Origin: Dimorphilus gyrociliatus
Lineage: Eukaryota > Animalia > Annelida
Direction of reading: 5' to 3'
Length of the DNA stretch: 64,000 bases
Assembly (NCBI GenBank): GCA_904063045.1
Contig: CAJFCJ010000019.1
Coordinates: 2,543,179 to 2,607,178 of the forward strand
The notes beneath the pieces are model-generated. The model was not told the DNA's origin. It saw only the letters and a program-made list of their open reading frames with translations, and ran no database searches. Shown here piece by piece: positions 38,446-52,286 of this stretch (position 1 is its first letter; each line of letters begins with the position of its first letter). The translations under genes were made by a program, and so were the position numbers.

Positions 38446-40538
38446 AGCGACTGGCTTGTTGAGGGGGAATGATTGCTAGCGCAGCATGTGCCTGGAACAC
38501 TTCGAGCGGGGCGCTAGTTCCTAGACAAAGGCTTACTCATTCCAGGCAATGGACTTGCACAAACAATCTCCTAGACGACTAGGTCTGGAATAGAATTTCC
38601 AGTCCTGGAAGTGCTTAAATTTGACGTCTAATTCCCTGTGTGCCTGTGATACTGCAATGTTCCAGGAAGAAATTTCGTGCAATTTTAAACAAATCGAACG
38701 TTCTTTTCGCGCGCGCGCTAAAAATGAGGTCACGCGAGATCTCGGCGCTTCCGTTTCTTTGTTTCGAAGAATAGTTGTTTACGGGAAAATTGTTGTTAAT
38801 AACTACTTGTTACCTGCTAAAAGTTGAAAATCCATGAGAAATTAAGCATAACTGGATAGTTGGAAGATTGCCAAGTTTTTTCCAAGGTAAAATTTATAGG
38901 ATTTTTCTACTCTATTGTATTTGCGTGCGGTCAGTCACAAGTTTCACGCCCCGGGCGAACAAGCGGCAATGGGGAGGAAAACTTGTCCTTAGAACGAATT
39001 CTTTGGCCCTTATTTTAGGCATTAAAATTGTTACATTCTCTTTTATTGCTCAACTTAACCTTCCTTCAAAAGCTTAGATCTTTGCGTTCTTATTCTCAAA
39101 GAAAAAAAACAGCAAAAAGAATGATGAAGCATATTGGAAAATGCATCCCTTATTTATTCAATTTTCATGCTCAATGTATCGCGGTGTCAATGACATACGA
39201 GACAAGTAGTTTGACCGCACTGACCGCCTAACTGACCGGAAGTGCTCAGTCAGTTATCCATAGACGCGCATCTGTTTATGGGTAATTGGAATTTTAGTGC
39301 TCAATGATAAAATTGGAGTGCGGCGCAAGGTAACGATAATGACTGCCGGAACAAAGCTGCTTGAGAAACATAAAAGAAACCCGATTAGAGTTATGTCTCT
39401 ATGCCTTGGGGCTATCACGGTCGACTGGCGTCATTTTTTAGAGCCTCGAGATGGCGTAGTTACGAAAGCATTGTACTATTAATCTTTCCAAAATTATAAC
39501 TCGTTGAATCGGCACGTGGTCAAGAGAAGGACTTCGAGTGTGGTCAGTCTCCCACGCGCGCCTAATTCTTGGTGAGCACATGCTCCAGTGTTGGGTAAAG
39601 GGTGGGAGTGTACGTTTCTTGCTCGTTTGCCCCCGTTTGTCAGCTTAAGAGCTTAGAGCTAATTATCGGCCGAATGGGGTTGGACAAAGAGACGCGCCTA
39701 GCTCAAAACGTTTTGTGTACTTACGAAACGATATTTATGCGTTACGAGCTGCATTAATGCAGTCGGAATCGTATTAATGCCTTCGGCTCTAATCATTTAT
39801 TCAAAAGACTCGGCTATAGGTGGAGAAGCGCGTAAATCAATCAATACTCGTATATAGATGATAAGCTGCATGCGAAAGATCGCGGATAAGTATGGAAACT
39901 GTTAATTATATGAATTGTGGCAATAAAAATGGTGATAACTGTCAGTGCTCTTACGCTGCCGACTCTTTACTGCCTTTGTTAACGCGTCTTGTACAGTGAT
40001 GCATGCATATTCGTTTGCAGTTTTGTATGAAACATTTGCCCATCCCATTCGTTTATTTATTCCGCTATTATCAGCTTTGGTTATAAGAGAAAAAAAAATG
40101 TATTAGCTTCTGTTTGCGTAGCTGTATTTTTTCGTTGTTCATACGTAATCGCTACTTAAACGTTGAACAAACTAAAAATTGCTTTGTAGTTTCTACGCTC
40201 GGGCGAATCGACTAATTAAATTCGATCGCAGGTGGTCTCACGATTCTCTTCTGTCTCTTACCGGGCTTCCCGCCACTTCAATGAATTTGATAATTAACGC
40301 TTTAGCCTTTTTTGTATTCTTTAACATCGATGGCAGCGCCATCTCGGTATTGTGTGATAACTAGGCCAGCACATGATCGATTGACCTGAAAGCCTAGAAA
40401 ACAGGCTAAATGGAACTCCGGGTCAGTATTTTGAAATATTCATAGACTTAGACTCTTTTCTGATTGGTTTAAAGTTGTTGCTTAAATAGTATATAAGCGG
40501 GAAAACATTAAATTTAACATTAAACTATCTACGGAAAT

Positions 40539-42373
40539 ATGACAGCGTTTTACAGCAACTATATACTTGAACAGCAGACAGTTAAATCGATTAGCGTCGG
40601 ATTTATTGTTCTGGTCGGTGTCGTTTTGGTAAAAAAGGTGTTCCAAAGGAAGAAGTATAAATTGCCTCCCGGCCCTCTTCCCCTTCCGATTGTCGGAAAT
40701 TTGCTACGTGAGTTAATTATATTTTTGTACACAAGTCCAGTTATGTGCAATATTGATTTACAATTTTCTCATAAATAGAAATCTTTCGTGTGAAGAAACG
40801 ATTCCACGAACATTTGTTAGACATTTCTAAACAATATGGCCCCGTTATATGGATGAAAATAGGCGGATGGAATACTGTTTTTCTAAATGATATTAACGTT
40901 ATAAGAGAAGCTTTAATGAAAGATTATGATTTCGCCGGAAGACCAAAATTCCCATCAGGTAGATAGTATTTATGTGTGTGTGTGTATTTTATATCTTTGT
41001 TTTTCTTCTTGTTATCAGTATAATATAAATAAACATTATCTAGCATATATTTATTATCATCTTATACAGCTATGAGAATCACTAAAGGAAAAGACATTCT
41101 CTTTGGGGATGTAAGTGATGTATGGAAATTTCATAGAAAATTAGCTCATTCGTCCATCAGAAGTTATGCTAGCGGGAAAAAATTAGATGACCTAGTGAAT
41201 CGTGTAGTTCAAAACTGTTGTGATTTAATGCTACAAGAAAAGAAACCATTTGAAATGCATACATTCTGTGGCTTATTTGTATTTAATTGGCTTTTTGGTA
41301 TAATATTTGGTAAGGAAAAGGACGTTAAAGACCCTGACTTTGTTAATTTAAAAGATCTTACTCAAGAAGCTTTAGATGCGTTTGCATCAGGGTCTACAGC
41401 TGACATTTTCCCCGTTTTAGACTATTTGTCATTTGGTGAGAATAAGTTAGATAAAACAATTAATAAACTTTGTCGCGTACTGGAAAGAGAGATGAACGAA
41501 CATTTGGAAACTTTCGATGAAAGTCAGTTTTTCATAGTGTATTTTTTTTTCCTGCTGATAAACTAATGTCTTTTGCTTTTGATATAGATAACCTTAGAGA
41601 CATTATGGATTATATGATATGTGCTCAAAAACAAGTTAATCTAGAAGAGAGGAAAGAATTATTATCGGATGAACATGTTAAAATGATCTGCTTCGATATG
41701 TTTGGAGCTGGTGTTGATACTGTTTTAAGTAGTTTACATTGGTATTTTGGCCTCATCATTCAACATCAAAATGTTCAAGAAAAATTACACAAAGAAATAG
41801 ATGAAAAATTGGGAAGTTTGTCGCCCTCAATCGAATCTCGATCGAAACTGGTTTATACAGAAGCGTCAATTATGGAACAATTAAGATATGGAACATTGGC
41901 ATTACTAGGCGTTCCACTATCGACAATTCGTGATACGACTGTAGGTAGGTAGTCTAAAGGAGTATTTCTTCTTACAAAGTGCAAACAAAATTGTGTAACA
42001 ATAAAATATGTACCTTTATTCAGGTGGCTACGATATACCGAAAGATACAATGGTTCTAATTAATATCGGTGGACTTCACGAAAATAATGAACTGTGGGGA
42101 GACGCCGAAAATTATCGCCCGGAAAGATTTATAGCTGATGATGGAACTCTCATTGAAAAACCCCGTCATTTTATGCCTTTTGGTATAGGAAAGCGAAATT
42201 GTCTGGGGGAAGTCTTAGCTAAGAATACATTAGGAACGGCTATTCCTGCATTCTTACAGAGATTGAATTTCTTACCCCCAGAAGATGGACAGCCCTTCGT
42301 CGCAAAAAATTTAGGCTCTTCTTTGGCAAATTTATGCGAAAAGTATAAATGCAGAGTGGAAGAGAGGCATTAA
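40539..42373 (+). CDS. Cytochrome P450, clan 2 (CYP17/CYP2-like), 5 exons
   Basis: TM anchor plus PPGPLPLPIVGNL, I-helix GAGVDT, ExxR (EQLR), PERF, heme motif FGIGKRNCLG. Exons approximately 40539-40707, 40779-40958, 41070-41522, 41589-41945, 42024-42373. TATA-like TATATAAG near 40491. Confidence 0.93.
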
Positions 42374-42464
42374 ATCACCCGTTATTAATATGTATTATTT
42401 CCCATAAGTATTATATTTGATAATATATAGTGTATATTGAATGAATATATTTCAACCAATCATT

Positions 42465-45216
42465 TTACCCGAATTCAATGTCTTCTCCATCACTATTTTC
42501 CTCTTCAGAGGATTGACATACTTTTCTTATCCGGTCTAATGCCATATTGAGTTGTTCAATATGATTACCTGATTCTGTAGGTTTTTCTCTCTTTGGATTT
42601 ACTTCCACTTTCTTAAGCTTAATACCCTTTCGTATTAACATTAGCATATCAGCCATTGGATCTATGAATAGTGATATAATAAGTATAGGGGAGGTCAGCT
42701 AACCGTAAAATGCTTAAGCTTACCAGATTTCTCCTTTACTTCTGTTTTCTTTAAATTACTCTTGGCATCTAAGAGTCCGGAAAGGTTAACATTTCTTTTT
42801 TGTTCAATCGGGGAAGTCGGAGAAGGTTGCGGTGGTAGGGGAGGTGGTGGTGGCGGCGGCGGTGGCGGCGGCGCCGCTGTTGCTGGCAATGGGGCAGAAA
42901 CAGGTGGCAAAGAACTTGATATCATAGCAGCAGATACGGGAGGCGGAGGTGATAGAGGGGGGGGAGTAGGAGGGGGTAAAGAAATTAGAGGTGGCGGTGA
43001 CGGATGAAGAATCGGAGGTGGTGGAAGTGGTACAAGAGGAGCGGATAATGAAGGAGGAGGTGGAGGAGATGGAGGAGGAGGAGGGGTACTAGGTGGTAAA
43101 GCACTTTCTTGTAGTTTCAAGCATTTTCTTTCGTTTAAAAGATGGGGTTGTATGGAAGACGGCATAGAATATTTCTTTAGAGGGCAATAAAATGAAACTT
43201 TAAATTGATAAATAATTATAAATAATAAAAACTAATACCAATTTATATTGCTTTAATCGATGAAGTGCCTTTTTTCGTTCCTCATTGATAAATTCCGATT
43301 TTTCTTTGTTGTGTCTCCACTTCTCTTCTCTTTTCTGTAAATTATTCATAGGAATTTAGAAAAAGAGCCATAAACAAGACATATTGTTTAATTATAACAA
43401 CCATTTGTATACTATGATGCCTTTTCCTCTCCTCATTAATTACTTTTATCTTTTCTTCTTTTTGTAAATGTTCACTTGATAAAGATTTCTATTAAATGGG
43501 AAAATAACTAGAATTATTATTAATTAATTAAAAAAAAACACATAAATAGCTTGTGATTAAAGGGAAAATTTTTTTCATTCAAAAGTACCTTTTTGCTTCT
43601 GATTACGGCTCGTTGTCTTTGGATACGATTCAGCTTTTTCCCAATAGCATTTAATTCTCTGTCAAGCGGATTTTCATCTTCGTCTTCAATAACCAAACTA
43701 AAGTCCTCTAAAGCGTCGTGAAATTCTGATTCCCTTTCTTTATAATTTATAAGGGAGAGCGGTATAAAAAAAAGTGAAGGCAAATTGAAATTTAATACTA
43801 TGCCAACGTGACAGATTACTATTTATACGTGAAAAAAAAAACAAACCGTTAATTTTGCCTCTTATGTAATCCATTAAGTTTCGGTAATAGTGCTCTTCAT
43901 TTTCAAGGGCCTCTAATTTGATGTTAAAAATATTTAATTGCCATTTATACGCTTCTTTCTCCAAAGATTGTATTTTTTCCTGATTCGACGATGCCAACTG
44001 TATAAAAAGTGAACGGACTCGAACAAGTGCTAACAAAGAAGAATATAATATACCTCTTGTTGACATTTGTCCCTTTCGTACTCGTACTTTCGTCTGACGC
44101 TCTCGTAATATTGACGCCTTTCATTAAACAAGCATTTCGATATTCTATAATGAAGGAAGCATTGTAGCGTTTCTTGTTATTTGCACTTATCTTATCGTTT
44201 GTTTAATATCGTTTTTTATATAGTTAATCAAATTACAAACTTTCTTAAACGACTCTGTGCTAGAAGATCAAATGAGGCGTTACCAAATTTTCTTCTATCT
44301 TCAAGCATACGCTTCTCGGCGTCTATAAAAAGAGAATTAGCTGGAATTGTGCCAATAACACTAAAAGAAATTTTAACTAACCGGCAAAGAGGTCAACAAC
44401 ACTTTGATAATATTCAGTATATAAATTTTGAATGTTTTCAATAGCTTCCTGGTACTCCTTCTGCCAATTGCAGAACTTTCCCTTTAATTCGTTTTTCACC
44501 CTGTCGCCAACATCGTCACTGGCTAGTGTATTTTTAGCTTGCCTCAAATTATTAAAAGTCGCCTCTCGCAAATCAAGAAAAGGTTGAAGTAAGTAATTAT
44601 AGAATACGGCAAGAAGACGTTGCACATTTGATAAACAATCGTCTTCCTCTTCGTAAATATCAGTCATTTCCCTCAAGGTAACAGCATGACTTCGATGGGA
44701 TATTAAAGTGTTTAGACAGTCAGTGGCTTTTTGTACGTTGGCTTCGTAGTATTTCCTCTTGAGAGAGCCAATTTGCTCAAAGTAATCGTCCATGGATAGG
44801 GGTTGTTCAAATAAGATGGACAGTAATAGATTTTCGCCACAAATATCTAAGGCGTGTCGTAAATACTGTTCTATTTCTTTGCAGAGATTTTCAGACGGGG
44901 GTTCAGAGTTACAAAAGTAACTCCATATACCTCGAGGTTCAACAGGCAATTTTGGAAGGCACATTACGAGTTGGGGCCGAATGGTTGTTAATCGTTCATG
45001 TATGGTCTGAATTTGATATAAAGTAAACATTCCTGCCCATCCCTCACCACTTTGTTTAGCGGTTCGAGACTTACATCGGCAAGATATCGCAAGAGACTTC
45101 TCGACGAAATTCCAGGCGACATCAAACTGAAGGCGCCTTTTATCCTTTTCTAAATTGAAAGCACCTTGCTTAACTGCTATCCAATTGTCATCTAAACTGT
45201 TACATTCATCCTCCAT
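42465..45216 (-). CDS. JMY/WHAMM-family actin nucleation-promoting factor
   Basis: MEDECNSLDDNWIAVK (JMY/WHAMM N-terminus), coiled-coil middle, polyproline tract at about 42840-43095, WH2 motifs (LLDAKSNLKKT; MLMLIRKGIKLKKV), central helix and acidic tail. Confidence 0.85.
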
Positions 45217-45957
45217 TCTATGATCTTCAATCCCAGTCCCGAAACGTTCCAATTAACCTTTTACATCTATCACGATAATATGAGTCAGTAAACAAGTCTG
45301 GAATACCAGGTTTCGCTAGTATTAGGCCTGATTTACGCGCTAAATTTTCAGTTTTAAAGCTAGAGCAAATGAATCGATTGCAAACGTTATTTGTTGAAAT
45401 CTTGTATTGTCTATTGAATAATTGATCTAAACACATTTCAGTGTGGGATAATAACAACGATATCTGATTTATCTAGAGCAGTAAAACCTCTACAGACGAA
45501 TTACATTGCATTAATCTTTTTTTACTTTCAATGTCACAGATAAAAGGTAAAGAATATTTTTGTAATTTTGCATGCGTATATACAACTACTTTACATATTA
45601 TACATGACTTATTTATGCAGAAAAAATCGACTAACAGGAATCGTTCTAGAAAAGAGATAGATAATAAGTTCAATATAATAAATACACGTTATGTTTGTAC
45701 ATGTTTATATTAATATATAAACATATATATTGTCGAGAGATTAATAAATAAAAATACTAATATATCATATTTGAAACTGTTATTTTTAAAGAAACGTGAT
45801 GTTCGCTCAGATGAAATTGACACAAACGAAGGGAAACATAAACAAATGGAATGTGTTGAACAAAATACAGCGTATTGCCTAAATCAATTGAAAAAACACA
45901 TAAAACTTAACCTCTATGGCTTATTTTTTTTTAATTGAAATGTTTTCCCTCTTTCTT

Positions 45958-46520
45958 CTAGTAAGACGGTGGTTGAAAATCTCCCGCTGGAGGCTGAAAG
46001 AGAGAATAATACACTTTTTAGAAAACAATAAATGGTATATAAAAACGGCTTGACAAACCTTCTGATCTTGGTTGAATGCTGGTTGCTGATAAGGATCAGG
46101 GCCCATATCCCCAACAGGAGCGGGGTAATTCGAATATGGGGAGGCTGCGGTATCTCCAGCCGGACCTGTTGGTTGACTTTGATCATACTGCGAGGCAAAA
46201 GTTTCGCTAATTCCCTTGCGGTAGTGTTGAACCGCAAAGAAGGTTAAACCGGCCTAAGAAAAAAATTTTTTTTTAACTCTATCTGATAATGACTAATAGA
46301 TTATTTTAAGAGTATAATGAATACGTACGAATGTCCCTATTGAAAAGAATGAAAAAGCAATGGATGCTTGTATACCAGATACTCCAAATTTGTTTTTGTC
46401 CTCAGTTTTCCTCCAAGCGTCTGTTAAATAACAGAAGCAAACAAACCAAAAAAATGTCCATACTCCTATAAGAAAAAAAAAACAATGTCCGCTTGTAATC
46501 TCTATCTAAAGATATAAATT

Positions 46521-46578
<58 letters not shown>

Positions 46579-47222
46579 AATATATATTAATTTATATATT
46601 AAGTATATATTAGATAGATATTAAATATCTACTGTAATTAATAATGAAATGTCTAGTTTGCAAATATGAATTAAGTTAATCTTAAATGTTATTCAAGTAC
46701 CTGAAAAACCCATATCAGCCATGACTATGTACTTTCTGTGTTGAACAGAACTTATGTGAGTCTCGAACAAGGCATCCAGAACTAAGAATGCGGTTAGTGT
46801 AAGAAATGCGATGACCCCGATAGCCGTCCCGAATCCGCAAGCATTTTTGTCATTATTAAATGCACACTCATTTTCTTCCCATCCTTGAGAAGATATGCAG
46901 CCGAACACAATGATGGCAAATAGCTGTCGTATAAAAGATAATGAACGAATAGAAATTATTAATATCAAAACATTGCAGGTAAAAGGCTTAGTAATGGACT
47001 ATTATTGTTTGTTTTATGTAAATTCGTTAAAATGATACTGTGCTCGTTCACTGTCATGTGACGAGTCATTTCGGACTTGAATTCGAGGTATTTTAATGCA
47101 TTTTAACTCACCCAACTGACTAGTCGTAGAATTACATGCGGTTTTCTAATAAATGTTAAAATGTTAAAGGATCCACCGGCCATACCAGCCCCATACGCTC
47201 CAGCAGAGTTTGCAGAGTCCAT
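45958..47222 (-). CDS. SYNGR: Synaptogyrin (MARVEL tetraspan), 5 exons
   Basis: Exons 47222-47112, 46923-46701, 46465-46329, 46253 to about 46059, and a last exon ending PPAGDFQPPSY* at 45958. Motifs FAIIVFGCISSQGW, CAFNNDKNACGFG, DMGFSGVWTFFWFVCFCYLTDAW. Confidence 0.93.
46515..46590. repeat. (TA)n-type compound microsatellite in a synaptogyrin intron
   Basis: TA runs punctuated by AAA, seen directly. Confidence 0.9.
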
Positions 47223-47594
47223 TTTGGATTTTTATGCTTCCAGTGACGTCATATACGAATTATCGCTCAGTCGACTGGTGGCCGGTAGAATTTTATTTTT
47301 GCACAACATCAACTGGGCTTTCCTCGTTTACTTTAGCTTTTTAGCAGAATATATTGCGCCATCTGCCGATCGCTTTCATTTTAATATAATAAGTCTCAAA
47401 CGAATAAGTTATAATCTAGGAAAAAGCAGAAGAGGAAAATACGACGAAAAGAATTTTATATTTGTGTTTGAAAGAAAAAAAAATACTGTTGTTGTTTTTG
47501 TTTTTTTGGTTTATTTTGTATTATTCATTTATACATAAAGACTCTTAAGCATATAATGCGTCGTTTTTCTAGTTAAAAATGAACAATAACTCAT

Positions 47595-50500
47595 TTAAAT
47601 CCATTTATTAGTAATTAAAGTTTTGATCATACTCTTCATTAGTCCATATCTTTGTATCATAACATACCTTTTTGATTCTTCATATCGTCTTTCCATTGTC
47701 GATATTAAATCTCTAATCATGTTAATTTTAATTCGATATTCTTTTATTTGGGTTTGAAGCCCATCATTTTCGTTACTGATTTCTTTGCTTGTCATTTCTA
47801 AATTTGTACGAAAATTCTATATTTAATATAGATTTAGTAAAAAAAAACGACAAAAATGTAATAAATCAATCTAGTCGTACCGGCTAGTTGTTCTTCTTTC
47901 TTTTTCATCTCTTCTTGAATTCTTGTATTAGCTAATTGAGACTGAACTTGTTCGTCATTTGACAGAGTTAAGTGCATAATACACCTTTTGATCATTCCCT
48001 TTAATATGGCATAACGACGGAAGACGTCAATGTCTTTGCTTTCTTCATATTCTTTACTTAATTGGTCGATAACTGATTTCATCCGCTTGTACTCGGACTG
48101 AACAAGACTGCACTCTTGGTTTAGTTGTTCGTTTTGTTTACGGGCCTCTTCTTTAACCCTGTCAATACCTGTTTAAAACGACATTTAGAACATAGAAACA
48201 AGAGACAGAAGCCTACCAAAACAATTTATACAAGTAATTAGAAATTGTGATGAAAGATAGACAAAATTAAGGAAGGGGTGTAAAGAACAGATAACCAGTC
48301 AGCACCTGCTGCTAATCCGCTTAGCCAGCCGACACCTTGAATATCTTCTCGAGAGGGAGCAGTTTTGGCTATTCCCTGATAGAGACGATTAAGAAAAGAG
48401 TCATAAAATTCCGAACATACTCCGTTAACATAATCTAAAAGAGCTGATGACTTAGCCAAACTGAACATCATGTAACGTTTGACGTAGTCAATTTGTATCC
48501 AAGACGGCCTGTATCGCCTCTAATGACATTATATTAACGATATCGTTCTGTATTTATTCAACTATTAACTAAGCAGGACTAGCTGACAAGACGTGATGAC
48601 TTTAGCCAGATGCTTAGCTCTAATCCTCTTAGTAAGAGCGTTAATTCTATATTTAAATACCACTGCAACAGCGATCTCTAGTCGGCGCACTCATTCAATT
48701 GTCTCACTTCAAAGTCGACCCTTTTGGGTATATATATATATTAACAAATTTTGTAATTATCAGGCTATTCATAAAAAAGAGTTCTAATGATGATTTTCCT
48801 TTAATTTTAATATCATTGAATATTTAAGAGTAAATTGACCAATCAAAGAAAGAATAATTAAGCTTTTTGTTTTCATTTAATAGTCTTATACGTCAGCACC
48901 CTCTGTTGTATATCTATAAAACTATTTGATAGAAACTCTAATGAGCGCTGTATAAAGTTAGTATTAATGCTTAAGTTGGTAAAAGAGGTTCCAAAAAGCT
49001 AATAGACTACTGTATTAGAATACATTGAGCAAGAAATTAAAAAGAAGAAATTCTTTACTATAAATAGATTCTATAGAGTAGGGGATTTACTAGCATTAAA
49101 TAAATGTTCTTGAGGAGGTTTTAGAACATAGGGTATATATAGGTATAAGTTATTTAACATATCATCTATTACAGCATACATTATATATACAGTATATACG
49201 AATGCAATTGTGTATATATTAAAATATATAGTATAAAATCTAGCTAATTTTTCGCCACCTATGTATGCTCTTTTTATAAGGAATTGTAATTTATTTCATA
49301 TCTAGAAAGGGGAAAAAAAAAAACAATTCTCATGATGCCAGTAATAGCATTTCCTTAAACATTCGAATTAATTGCACTCATAATTCTATAATAACTTTTA
49401 TATATTTCCTATATGTTAACGTTATCCGCCGTAAAAAGGAATGATTCAGCTTGAGAAATTAAATTAAATTTTGATTAAAGGCCATTAAATCATCAAAAAT
49501 ATAAATGAATATAATATGCGTATATATATATAACTGTATATATTCCGTTTAAATACTTTACAAAGTAATATAAAGACGGTAACTCTGGTCACGTTTTTTT
49601 TCTCTTTTTTCCAAGATATACATCACTAATTGACGTATTCTTGAGCACTACACAACCTGTTGTTTCTTCAATGTCGCAAGGTTGCCGGTAGCACACGGCC
49701 AAATAAATTGCAAAAAATAAGCAATACTATATAAAAAAAGAAGCAACAGCGCTTGATTAGTTTTCTCACGTATATTTACATCTTTTATTAATCTTAATAT
49801 AGTTTGGCGACAGAGGGGTTGGGTTATTGTCGGTTTTCGTATAAAAATTATTTATAAACACGTAAAAGTGGTTTGTAGCAAGTGACAACTCACCTTGAGC
49901 TCTGTAATATACAATATATAATATAATAGTTTGTTTGTAATTAGTTCTAGTGATATATGTATGGCAGTATAGGTATTCCATATTTTTCTCTTTACAGGTG
50001 AAATAGAAGATGTTTAAAATAAAAATTTAAATTGTTATTTAAATCTTGTTCGCCTTAAAATACATGTAATAAAGTTTTCTTCCTATTTCTCTACGTCTTA
50101 TATGAATGTATAGATATAGACTGTATAAATTTTTATATATTTACAATATATAGATGATATATATATGATAATATACAGTATATGTATTTATAGGTTAATA
50201 TTTATGTTGGATATATTCTGTTCGATGTAAAAGGCCTAAAAACGAATTACGCATTAGGCTCTTCTTTTTGTGTAGAGGTTTCAAAAAGCGTCTCTATGGG
50301 AACAGATGTGCACATTTGAAATAGGATTTGTTTTTGAACATAATCAGGCAAAGAGTTTTGGTTGAGGAGGAAGTGGGGAGGTTCAAGGGATGGTGAGGAC
50401 GTTTAAAGTAAACTAGACAGAGAATAAAGGTTTCAGATTTTTTTTTTCTATTCACGCTACTTACCTTTCTTTCGGCAAACTGAAAAGAGTAAGAAAAAAG

Positions 50501-50935
50501 GATGTAGTGACCCGTGCTATGAAGAATATCCAATTAGCAATCAAGCTCAATTAAAGCGGAAATTGTCTAGAGACCTATTTCCTTCATATTATTAATATTT
50601 TGGTAAAGTCTTAAGTTGGTAACAGCTAAAGAATTTATAGCAGGACAAAGACAACCGATTCATTCTCTTCATTAGAAAGATCGATAAATCTTAGAAAATT
50701 TTTTCACTATATCAATAACAAGACGATCTATATGCGTGTGTAGACAGCTGCATTTTCCATAGAAGAAAGAAATAATGACAAACTGTATCACCACAACACT
50801 CTACCAAGCGTCATTTACTAGCAAATGTACTTCCGTTCGTTTGTCTCGCTTGATAAACCCCGGCTGTAATTTTTAGATAAAGTAAAAGGGGGAAAGTAAC
50901 ATACCTGATCCCCAGGTTTGTCTCAGCAAAGACAT
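47595..50935 (-). CDS. Uncharacterised coiled-coil protein with an internal repeat; 5' part built from microexons (model tentative)
   Basis: Solid 3' exons: about 48436-48306, 48168-47881, 47797-47595. Tentative 5' chain 50935-50905, 50479-50465 (15 nt), 49901-49894 (8 nt) and about 70 nt from 49726 keeps frame. An alternative start is the ATG at 48471. Confidence 0.55.
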
Positions 50936-52286
50936 GATAAGACGCGTTCCCTGGTCGTCAATTCATCAGATGAAAGTTCTTGTAAGAGAAGAAATTTAAG
51001 ATAAAGCCTTTCCTTATTTTTCGCTTAAAGTAAGCAAAAACAAATATGACTTGAATCTAAAATAAATAAAACATCAAACATAGAATAAAAGCTAAAACAA
51101 TAAATATACAGCAACTTACGTTGTGATTAAAAATGTTTTACAGTAAATCCTGCAGACCGAGAAAGTAGACGTCAGGTAGATGGAAACGCTACAGCTTCCT
51201 TTTACAGCTAACGAAAAGTGACGCCGGCGTGCACGATGGACGAAGTGAAGGTTGGCGAGGCGACTAAAGCGTCGACAAAGGCGTTCCCAGGTTTGCTGCC
51301 TGCCGGGAATTGACGCCGACATACGACACTAATGCAGACTAGTGAGTTTCGAACGTGTTGCATATACTGTATGTATATGTATGTAGCTTATTTACTGTAT
51401 ATATTTATATTATATATCCGAGTATGGTAATTTTTAAATGATTATGTCATAGAATGCAAAATCATGTTAATTTTTATTTAAAAATATCAAAGTATACTTT
51501 GAGAATATTTGTATATATATATATAAATATGTGATACTTTAAATATCTAATATATAGGCACGTCAAACTTTATTCCATCTCAGTTTAATTAGTGTTCAAG
51601 CTGCCAAATGCATGCTGCTTACACTCAATTACAAGTTCGAAAAATGAGACAAACCTCATACTGTTTGTAGAGCAGCTGGCTCAATTAAATCCGGCGCCTA
51701 ATTAACTATAGATATACAGTTCTGGATATAGCGCTGCATTTTTCTACTGTCTATTTTTCGTTTGGAAAAAATAACACGTATTTCGCTTACAAGAACATAG
51801 TAAATATATTATTATGTACTTGTAAATAAGTGGAACAATACAGTGCACTCTTTATATAGGCTAGGTCTATATTGAGTTTGATATTCATTAACTGGCGCAA
51901 TTTCTCGTTAACCGACGATCAAAAGACTTCTTCTTGACAAACTTGTAATTTAAGAGTGTACGTTCACCGTGATTGATGTTGGTTAGAAATTGAAAATTCG
52001 CAACGACCGACCGTATAATAAATTGAACGCAATATCATCGTCGCTCATGCATATTTAATTTACGAAGTTGACGTCTCCCTCACGCCACCGTCTAATCGGG
52101 AGCATTGCCTGATTAGCACGATCTCTTATCGGTGATTGCTCACAAGCTGTGTTTCCCTCCATAGGATAATTACGAAATCAAAAGGAAGACGATGAACCCA
52201 AACATCTTCACAGCTCTTTTATCATTTCCTTCCTAAGCGGCAATTTGAAACGGGAGATGGCGTTACTTGGTGAGTTGACAAATTTC

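Noticed and set aside
51116-51322. 68-aa ORF as first coding exon of the coiled-coil gene
   Set aside because: Splicing to the 50978 exon brings an early TGA, so it is more likely a 5' UTR exon with a uORF.
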